IMG/VR virus record: IMGVR_UViG_2574180019_000004
Location: 1-39,225 of that record
Strand: one strand, 5' to 3'
Length of the DNA stretch: 39,225 nucleotides
Source of the DNA: a virus
Taxonomy: Duplodnaviria > Heunggongvirae > Uroviricota > Caudoviricetes
The position numbers and the translations under genes are program-made. Below, piece by piece: positions 27,505-34,548 of this stretch. Each line of letters starts with the position of its first letter. Position 1 is the stretch's first letter. The notes below the pieces were generated by a model. That model was not told where the DNA came from, made no database searches, and was given only the letters and a program-made list of their open reading frames with translations.

Positions 27505-29303
27505 GTTACTTTGGCCTTAATCCAGTAAACCAGAATCAGCAGCTTGACGAAGCAGCATCAAATCCAGCTGGCTTTAACAGCGATGTTGGTTTTTTCGACA
27601 ATGCTGTAGGGGCGGCATTGTCTGGTTTGTACTCCGGGCTGGTGGCAAAGCCAGATCAGTTGCTATGGGCAGGGATGGATAAAATCGTATCCCCGATTGC
27701 TCAGTTTGTTAACGAAAACACCTTGCTCAATGACACTTCAGTTTCATACATTGCTGAGCAGAGAAAACTAGCAGAGCAGCAGGTTAAGCGGCTGACGCCT
27801 GATGCCGCGACAACCGGAACCGCCGGGCAGGTTCTTTATGTGTTGTTCGATATGGGCGGGCAGGCTGTTGTCGGTACAACGCTCGGTGGTCCTGTCGGAG
27901 GTGCAGCGGCGGTAACTTCGCTACAGGGTTTTTCTGAGTTTGAACGGCTGACAGCACAGGGTGTTGATTTCAGGACGGCGCAGGAAGCGGGATTAGTGCA
28001 GGGCATTACTGCTGGTGCCGGAACACTGATCCCTATGAGCCTCGGGTTACGTGCTGGTGGTGCGCTGGCGGAAGGTGTGGCGGCTCAGCTTGCGCGGACG
28101 GGTGAGAGTTCAGTGCGACGCGCCGCAGCAACAGCAGTACGTGCAACGCCAGATATTGCCTATGCCGCAGGTACAAATATTGCGTTCGGTATGGCACAGC
28201 GTGGGCTTACTGCAAAAACGCTTCGTGATGGTGGCTATAGCGAAATGGCTAACCAGTATGATGTGTTGGATCGACAGGCAATTGCTATTGATGCTGTTCT
28301 TGGGGTGGCGTTTGGTGGTGTCGGCAGATTTATTAACTCTCGCGGCGAGTCTACAAGCACACCAAATTTTTCACCAGTTGATATCGATGCTGCACTGGCG
28401 GCGAATGCCGCTCATCATGCTGAAATTGATATTGCTCCTGGCGTGCCGATCAACGTGCTTTCGCGTAATTCTCACATTCAGGCTCTGCGAAAAGCCATGT
28501 CTGATGTTAGCCAGGGGAGAGATGTAGACGTTGCCAGCATTGTTGAGTCTGCATCTTTCAGTGAAATTCCTGGGCGCAAGAGTCTGCTGTCTCAGGCAGT
28601 TAATGAGGCTCTGTCATCTGTAGATGATGGAGTAACGGCGCGCGCTATAGAAAATCGGTTGCTTGAAGAACAGGCCGCGCAGCTTTTGCCGCGTGGCGAT
28701 AGACAGGTTTACCAGTCTGAAATCGCTAATAGCCAACGAATTATTGAAAATCTCACTGAACAGCGCGCACAAATTCTTGCAGAAGAGCCAACCGGTAGCG
28801 GTAAGGCTTTATCTCGTGCTCGATCAGATAAACAGGCCAGACTTCGCGATATTGACCAACGAATCCGGCAGGCACAAGAACGCCTGGAATCTTCTCGTAA
28901 CGCGTTGGCACCGCACGAGCCTGGCGGTCAGTTTTTTGAAGCTAGAGCAGAACTGGCTCGGAGACAGCAGGCAGAAAGTGAACTTAATGCTCAGGCTGTT
29001 TCATTCTATAAAACAGCAGAGGTCAGGACGCCAGACGAAGTAGCTCCTTTTGAGCCCGGTAAGATATTGCAACAGGCAGAACAAAAGATGATGGCAGATC
29101 CGGCAGGAGATATTGATCTGCGCATAGCTGAAGATTCGCTGCTTGAATCACCGGACATGATAATAACCGTGCTGGATGATGATGGTAATCCACAATCGCG
29201 CAGCGCGCGTGAAGTGCTGGATGAAGCGAACAGGGAAAGTGAGCAGGCAATACAGGATTCCAGCCTGTTTGATGTTGCTGTGGCGTGTTTCTTGAGAGGT
29301 TAA
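27501..29303 (+). CDS. Internal virion/ejection protein
   Basis: 600-aa ORF, ATGA-type overlap with previous gene; A/G-rich N-terminus. Confidence 0.55.
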   Translation: MSYFGLNPVNQNQQLDEAASNPAGFNSDVGFFDNAVGAALSGLYSGLVAKPDQLLWAGMDKIVSPIAQFVNENTLLNDTSVSYIAEQRKLAEQQVKRLTPDAATTGTAGQVLYVLFDMGGQAVVGTTLGGPVGGAAAVTSLQGFSEFERLTAQGVDFRTAQEAGLVQGITAGAGTLIPMSLGLRAGGALAEGVAAQLARTGESSVRRAAATAVRATPDIAYAAGTNIAFGMAQRGLTAKTLRDGGYSEMANQYDVLDRQAIAIDAVLGVAFGGVGRFINSRGESTSTPNFSPVDIDAALAANAAHHAEIDIAPGVPINVLSRNSHIQALRKAMSDVSQGRDVDVASIVESASFSEIPGRKSLLSQAVNEALSSVDDGVTARAIENRLLEEQAAQLLPRGDRQVYQSEIANSQRIIENLTEQRAQILAEEPTGSGKALSRARSDKQARLRDIDQRIRQAQERLESSRNALAPHEPGGQFFEARAELARRQQAESELNAQAVSFYKTAEVRTPDEVAPFEPGKILQQAEQKMMADPAGDIDLRIAEDSLLESPDMIITVLDDDGNPQSRSAREVLDEANRESEQAIQDSSLFDVAVACFLRG

Positions 29304-29308
29304 ATTAA

Positions 29309-31783
29309 ATGAGACAGGAATGTATACAAGCGGTCCAGCAGGCGGCGCAGCGCACGTTAACGGCGCGAGAAATACAGAACATTGAAGACCGCATTTATCG
29401 AAATATGCGCTCCATTGCTCGTGATGACCCGATGTCGTGGCGACAACTTTCCGAATCAGAACGGTTGTATCGTGCAGCACAATTGGCATCTGAAGAATTA
29501 CAGCGAGAAGCGGCATTAAAGAAACGTCGTGTGGCCCTCACTATAGCCGCACGTCAGAGATTGGATAAATTTATCAATAGCTATCAAGGGGCTGATGGGA
29601 AACTTGGCGCTCTTAACCGTACTATTGCTTTTAATGCAGACGGTAAATCGAATTTCCTCTCTGTTGAATCCAGAACAAAAGCCACCCGTGATTATGCATT
29701 GAGTCAATTGCAGGAGGCATTCGAAGCAGTTGATCCTCGCTTTTTTGGTCTGTTTGAAGATGAAGCGGGCGTACGTGACCTGGTATATGAAATGCGGGGG
29801 CAAAATACTGGCAATGCTAAAGCAAGAAAAGGTGCTAAGGCGTGGAGAGAAGTTACAGAGCTGCTGCGCCGCCGGTTTAATGATGCTGGTGGGGACATTG
29901 GCTATCTCGAAAACTGGGGGATCCCTCAACATCATTCTATGGAAAAGGTTGGGGCAGTATCAAAGGATAAGTGGGTTAGCGATGTTATAGGTAAGCTGGA
30001 TCGCAAATATTATATCCGAGCCGATGGACAACTGATGAACGATGCCGAGTTGTCTTCATTTCTTGGAGAGGCTTATAACACGATCGCTACTGGTGGGCTG
30101 AATAAGCTTACTGATACCGGAATGCGAATTTCCGGCGCACGTGCTAACCGTGGTAATGCATCACGACAGATACATTTCAAAGATGCAGATTCCTATCTGC
30201 AATATCAGCAACTTTATGGCGATCGCTCTCTATGGGAAATCATGGTCGGTCACCTGGAAGGTATCAGTAAAGATATTGCACTGGTGGAAACATATGGCCC
30301 AAACCCCGATCATGTTTTCCGCTCTCTTCTTGATCAGGTGAAGGCAGAAACGGCAACAGCTAACCCGAGTAAAACCGGTAAAGTCGAGCGGCTGGCGAAC
30401 AACACAGAGAATCTGTACAACTTTATTTCCGGAAAGACACAGCCTGTAGCGAATCCGCACATCGCGCGATGGTCTGACAATATCCGCAACTGGCTGGTTG
30501 CCAGCAGACTCGGATCCGCGTTGCTGTCATCGTTCTCTGATCTTGGAACCATGTATCTGTCTGCGAAGGTGACCAACCTTCCAATGAACCAGTTATTCCG
30601 CAACCAGCTTGAAGCTATGGACCCAACGAACCGTACTGAGCTTGCGCGGGCGCGCCGCGCTGGTCTGGCGATGGAATCTCTACTTGGCAGCGTTAACCGC
30701 TGGGCGATGGATAATATGGGGCCGTCTGTGTCTCGTTGGGCTGCAACGGCGGTAATGCGTGCCAGTGGGCTTACAGCATGGTCAGATGCGCACAAGCGCG
30801 CCTATGGCGTAACCATGATGGGAAGCCTGGGAGAAGTAGTGTCACGGACACCAGACCTTCGTAGCCTCGATGACTCTGATTTTCGTATCCTGAAAAGTAA
30901 AGGGATTACTGACACAGACTGGAGCGTATGGAAGCTGGCGCAACAGGAGGACTGGGGGAACGGTAATAATACGATGCTGACACCGGAAAGCATTATGCGT
31001 ATCCCTGATTCAGCAGTTAAACATCTTGGTGAGCCTGAACGCGTGAAATTTGAGGCAATGCGTAAACTGCTCGGTGCCGTAACTGAAGAAGTTGATATGG
31101 CTGTTATTACACCGGGCGCACGTGAGCAGATGTTCGTAGGGTCTGGTCTTCAGCGTGGAACATGGAAAGGTGAATTAACGAGAAGTGTTTTCCTGTTTAA
31201 ATCGTTCCCTATCTCGGTTGTTATGCGTCACTGGTCACGCGCTATGGGTATGCCGTCTGCTGGTGGGCGTGCAGCATATATAGCAACGTTTTTAGCAAGC
31301 ACAACCATGCTTGGTGCTCTTTCCATGCAGATTACTGATCTTATTAATGGGAGAAATCCAAAGGAAATGACCGGTGACCACATGGTTAAATTCTGGATAA
31401 ATGCATTTTTAAAAGGTGGCGGGGCTGGGTTGTACGGTGATTTTCTTTTCTCTGACCACACTAGGTACGGGAGCGGCGCGCTGGCGTCGATGCTTGGCCC
31501 GGTAGCTGGTCTGGTTGATGACGTAGTGAAGATAGCTCAGGGCATACCGCTAAATGCTGTGGAAGGGAAGAGTGAGCAGACTGGTGGTGATCTGGTTAAG
31601 CTGGGGAAGGGGCTGATGCCAGGTGCGAATCTCTGGTACTTGAAGGCGGCTCTCGATCATATGATCTTTAACCAGATGCAGGAGTATTTTTCACCAGGCT
31701 ATTTGCGTAAAATGGAGCAACGTTCGAAGAAAGAGTTTAACCAGACATACTGGTGGCGACCTCAGGATGTCACTCCGCAATAA
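29309..31783 (+). CDS. Internal virion/ejection protein (large)
   Basis: 824-aa ORF with RBS GAGG; last large gene before moron island. Confidence 0.55.
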   Translation: MRQECIQAVQQAAQRTLTAREIQNIEDRIYRNMRSIARDDPMSWRQLSESERLYRAAQLASEELQREAALKKRRVALTIAARQRLDKFINSYQGADGKLGALNRTIAFNADGKSNFLSVESRTKATRDYALSQLQEAFEAVDPRFFGLFEDEAGVRDLVYEMRGQNTGNAKARKGAKAWREVTELLRRRFNDAGGDIGYLENWGIPQHHSMEKVGAVSKDKWVSDVIGKLDRKYYIRADGQLMNDAELSSFLGEAYNTIATGGLNKLTDTGMRISGARANRGNASRQIHFKDADSYLQYQQLYGDRSLWEIMVGHLEGISKDIALVETYGPNPDHVFRSLLDQVKAETATANPSKTGKVERLANNTENLYNFISGKTQPVANPHIARWSDNIRNWLVASRLGSALLSSFSDLGTMYLSAKVTNLPMNQLFRNQLEAMDPTNRTELARARRAGLAMESLLGSVNRWAMDNMGPSVSRWAATAVMRASGLTAWSDAHKRAYGVTMMGSLGEVVSRTPDLRSLDDSDFRILKSKGITDTDWSVWKLAQQEDWGNGNNTMLTPESIMRIPDSAVKHLGEPERVKFEAMRKLLGAVTEEVDMAVITPGAREQMFVGSGLQRGTWKGELTRSVFLFKSFPISVVMRHWSRAMGMPSAGGRAAYIATFLASTTMLGALSMQITDLINGRNPKEMTGDHMVKFWINAFLKGGGAGLYGDFLFSDHTRYGSGALASMLGPVAGLVDDVVKIAQGIPLNAVEGKSEQTGGDLVKLGKGLMPGANLWYLKAALDHMIFNQMQEYFSPGYLRKMEQRSKKEFNQTYWWRPQDVTPQ

Positions 31784-31792
31784 GGAACAACA

Positions 31793-32206
31793 ATGAAGGA
31801 ATTATTGCTGTTATCGGTATTTTTGATATCCGCTTGCTCGACATCCTATGATGTTTATGACGGTGTTGATAAGGCATATTGCGACAAAGTTAAAATGGAT
31901 TTTTCTCTTGCCAAGACGGCGAAGGATAGTTGTATTGATCACTACGTCAAGACTTATACCAAGCCAGCATCATCGGCATCTGATATTGCTGAAGGTGCTG
32001 TGTTTGAGTGTAACAAGGTGATATCCATCGCAGCGAGTTCTTCATACGATGCTGCTGTATGTGCAATGGCTGAAAGAAACGGCATGTCAGTGCAAAAAGT
32101 TAATAGCATGATAAACAGTAATGACGAAGCCAAAATAAGAACTGATATCAGCTCGGTGAAAAAAGATGCCATGAACAGAGTTGTAAAATATCAGTCATCT
32201 TTATAA
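31793..32206 (+). CDS. Lipoprotein (moron; candidate superinfection-exclusion factor)
   Basis: Signal peptide with lipobox MKELLLLSVFLISAC-S; 137 aa; followed by palindrome and terminator. Confidence 0.7.
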   Translation: MKELLLLSVFLISACSTSYDVYDGVDKAYCDKVKMDFSLAKTAKDSCIDHYVKTYTKPASSASDIAEGAVFECNKVISIAASSSYDAAVCAMAERNGMSVQKVNSMINSNDEAKIRTDISSVKKDAMNRVVKYQSSL

Positions 32207-32207
32207 G

Positions 32208-32219
32208 TCGTGACATGTC
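32208..32219. repeat. Palindrome GTGACATGTCAC (copy 3 of 3)
   Basis: Exact copy, immediately followed by terminator hairpin. Confidence 0.6.
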
Positions 32220-32243
32220 ACAGGCCGCAAAAGCGGCCTTGTT
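32220..32243 (+). terminator. Rho-independent terminator after lipoprotein gene
   Basis: aggccgc-aaaa-gcggcct followed by tgtttt. Confidence 0.65.
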
Positions 32244-32263
32244 TTAACGAATGCCACCGCCCG

Positions 32264-32950
32264 TCAGAAGAACCCTGCTTTGTCGTTGATGTACTCCGCG
32301 TGCGTCTGGATATCACGCAGGCATTTGTTCACACCGACGATGTAGCAGAACATGGTGGTCAACTCCGCCGCCGCGCCCGATACGTCGTGCCCGTCTTCCT
32401 GTAACTGGTTCAGCAGATTCATCAGCAGTGAGTTCTCCGTCAGGCCGAGAACACCAGACGGCGAGTGAATCAGACTGCGGTAGCCGGGCTTTAGTGGGGC
32501 GCTGTAGGTTTTGTTCTCTATCTTCATTGCCTGCATCACTGCTGATGCTGTGGCGTTGGCTACCTGGTCGGCAACCATCTTTATGCGTTCTTCTTGCGGG
32601 AGCGAGTTTTTAATGTAACTTCCGGTGCGGCGGATCTGAGGAAGAACCTCACCTGTAACCCATTTACGAAAGCGGTATGGGATAGTGCCTGGTGTCACCG
32701 CATCGCGGCAGCGGAGGATCAGTGTGTAGAGGCCTGACTCGTTGATAATATTGGTTTCGCCTTGACGGCCTAAGTTAAATTTAGCCCTTTCATCATCATC
32801 AAGAGATTTTATTGACATAGTGGGGTTTGTCAGTTGAAGAGCTTTAATAACGTCTTTGGCAACAAACCAAGGATTTCCATCAATAACAATGGCTCGAATG
32901 GTTGCTTCTGATTCAAAATGAAAAACAGATGGGGTTACGTTAGCAGTCAT
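32264..32950 (-). CDS. Bro-N domain antirepressor-like protein
   Basis: Start at internal ATG (MTANVTPSVFHFESEATIRAIVIDGNPWFVAKDV = Bro-N signature) with RBS AAGGTGA; C-terminal approx 70 aa paralogous to the small gene at 34096-34353. Confidence 0.75.
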   Translation of the reverse strand: MTANVTPSVFHFESEATIRAIVIDGNPWFVAKDVIKALQLTNPTMSIKSLDDDERAKFNLGRQGETNIINESGLYTLILRCRDAVTPGTIPYRFRKWVTGEVLPQIRRTGSYIKNSLPQEERIKMVADQVANATASAVMQAMKIENKTYSAPLKPGYRSLIHSPSGVLGLTENSLLMNLLNQLQEDGHDVSGAAAELTTMFCYIVGVNKCLRDIQTHAEYINDKAGFF

Positions 32951-33231
32951 AGTGATCACCTTTGTAGTTAGGTTAATCACCACTACCGACGCCAATCGGT
33001 TGGTGGTGAACTGTGCAGGGTTGGCGTAACCGGCTACAAAGGACCCGGCGCACCTTTCGGTGCCCCCACACAGCCCACCATAGAATAGGTGCGCTTTACA
33101 CATAAAAAAACCGCTTATGCGGCATATGTGCCTCTGTAGTAATCCGGGACGCCAATCCCGGCACTGGATTTTGCCAGTGCCCGATTACTATGGCACAAGA
33201 GGAGTGCGATGTAAATTTACCGTAAAGGTAA
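32951..33231 (-). promoter_or_regulatory. Structured 5' leader / candidate small RNA upstream of Bro-N antirepressor
   Basis: Hairpin 32977-33009 (12-bp stem, loop ACGCCAAT); complementary TTGGCGT at 33021-33027; hairpin 33050-33063; terminator-like ccgc-ttat-gcgg + A-run (33104-33122); three-helix element 33136-33191 with loop ACGCCAAT again; candidate -35 TTGATT / -10 TATCAT on minus strand. Confidence 0.4.
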
Positions 33232-33324
33232 TGATAAGCGCGAAGAAACATTGAAATCAACCGTATTTGGTTGATTGCGTTTAACGCTTGATCACCTGAA
33301 AGCAAGATATTACCTTTAAGGTAA
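33217..33324. promoter_or_regulatory. Two perfect operator palindromes in divergent promoter region
   Basis: TTACCgtaaaGGTAA 33217-33231 and TTACCtttaaGGTAA 33310-33324 (20 bp upstream of ATG of gene at 33345). Confidence 0.6.
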
Positions 33325-33344
33325 TGTTATTGTGAGGAAAAGCA

Positions 33345-34073
33345 ATGGAAGTTTTCTGGATAGTTGTTGGTGTGGTTGCGGTGATTATTTACGTTATCAA
33401 CCAGAACAAGACTAAGATCTCTGATCGTACGGTCGTTAATCATAACAAAACGATAAAGACCGAAGATGGGGAGATAACGATTAATCGTACACAGGTGATA
33501 GAACACACCTCTACTCAGTTTCAAAAAACTGGAGGTAATGCGCCTAATATTTCCGCACCTCCTGCTTATGATAGTGCGGTAATCCAGACATATTATAAAC
33601 AGCAGGAGTTAGCAAAAGAGAGGCAACTGATTCAGCCAAAGCCGTTTACAGCTGAGATTCCACCTGGAGTGTCAACGCGTCCGGCATATCATGGAAGATT
33701 CCCTGGTGATGACATATCGTCTCAGTCATCTAAAAAAGCACCTCAGGCAATATCAGAGCCAGCAAGAATACCTTCTGTATCGCCGCCAAAAGAAGAATCA
33801 GCTAACAGAGTTTCAAGTGGTAGCAAGCAGTGCTTGCGATGCAGAATAAACCTTCCATATGAAAAATTCAGGAAATCGTCAAAAAATCCAGATGGATTGA
33901 CTAAATGGTGTGCAAGGTGTCTCGATGGCCCAAAGAATACACGCCATATGAAGTGGTGCCCAATTTGTAATGTCCGCAGAAAACGAACCAGCTTTTACCC
34001 TAATAATCAAAATGCGGACGGCTTAATGGCATGGTGCAAAACGTGCTGGGATGAGCACAAAGCGAAACGATAG
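33345..34073 (+). CDS. Membrane-anchored tandem zinc-ribbon protein (unknown function)
   Basis: N-terminal TM helix (VFWIVVGVVAVIIYVI) followed by basic NQNKTK; S/P-rich linker; two repeated modules KxCxRC...NPDGLxxWCxxC (CLRC...WCARC and CPIC...WCKTC); RBS GAGGAAAAG. Confidence 0.65.
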   Translation: MEVFWIVVGVVAVIIYVINQNKTKISDRTVVNHNKTIKTEDGEITINRTQVIEHTSTQFQKTGGNAPNISAPPAYDSAVIQTYYKQQELAKERQLIQPKPFTAEIPPGVSTRPAYHGRFPGDDISSQSSKKAPQAISEPARIPSVSPPKEESANRVSSGSKQCLRCRINLPYEKFRKSSKNPDGLTKWCARCLDGPKNTRHMKWCPICNVRRKRTSFYPNNQNADGLMAWCKTCWDEHKAKR

Positions 34074-34097
34074 GCCGCTCTTGCGGCCTTTAAATTT
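34072..34097. terminator. Intrinsic terminator shared by convergent genes
   Basis: ggccgc-tctt-gcggcc followed by tttaaattt. Confidence 0.55.
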
Positions 34098-34353
34098 ACC
34101 GGGTTTGTTTTCGTAATTGTTCGGCACAATAGTCGAGATGTGTTTGCAGATCCCGCATAGACATCTGTGAGCTGGTGACGTAGTTAATCAGTGCAGTCAG
34201 TTCGGCAAGTGGGCCATCGACATTAAATCCATCCTTATCGAGATCCCGGAGTAATTTCATCAAGTGCGATCCCTCCACCAGTGACCTGACGCCTCCCGGC
34301 GTGTGAATCCTTTCGGTAAATCCGTCTTCCAGTGGATAGTGATACTGCTGCAT
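34096..34353 (-). CDS. Small antirepressor-like protein (85 aa), LexA-box controlled
   Basis: ATG 34353 after GGAGAAG; paralogous to Bro-N protein C-terminus (IHTPGGVRSLVEGSHLMKLL...AELTALINYV vs IHSPSGVLGLTENSLLMNLL...AELTTMFCYI); LexA box about 20 bp upstream. Confidence 0.6.
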   Translation of the reverse strand: MQQYHYPLEDGFTERIHTPGGVRSLVEGSHLMKLLRDLDKDGFNVDGPLAELTALINYVTSSQMSMRDLQTHLDYCAEQLRKQTR

Positions 34354-34372
34354 CTTATCTTCTCCATGCAAT

Positions 34373-34392
34373 AACTGTATATTTATACAGTA
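34373..34392. promoter_or_regulatory. LexA (SOS) box
   Basis: aaCTGTATATTTATACAGta = CTGT-N8-ACAG, 18/20 match to consensus TACTGTATATATATACAGTA. Confidence 0.7.
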
Positions 34393-34429
34393 GCAAATAA
34401 TTTGTTTGCTATCCAGCACGTTTTGCAAA

Positions 34430-34444
34430 TCACCTGAAAGGTAA
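34430..34444. promoter_or_regulatory. Variant operator tCACCtgaaaGGTAA between antirepressor-like and tail fibre genes
   Basis: Right half perfect, left half CACC variant as at 6435 and 6802; ATGTGGTT motif at 34477. Confidence 0.4.
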
Positions 34445-34548
34445 TATCTTTTCGTATTTATGGATTATCTATCCATATGTGGTTTTTCAGGTAATAGAAT
34501 AACCAGATATGCGGCGCAACGGGTGCTGCGACTATCTGGAGATTTAAC

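Noticed and set aside
32951-33103. N-terminal 51-codon extension of the Bro-N ORF in the track (start at 33103)
   Set aside because: Bro-N domain begins right after internal ATG 32950, which has a strong RBS (AAGGTGA); the extension translates the structured leader
33096-33305. 69-aa minus-strand ORF upstream of the Bro-N gene
   Set aside because: Uses a TTG start, lacks an RBS, and spans a region that folds into strong hairpins and a terminator; better explained as structured RNA or leader
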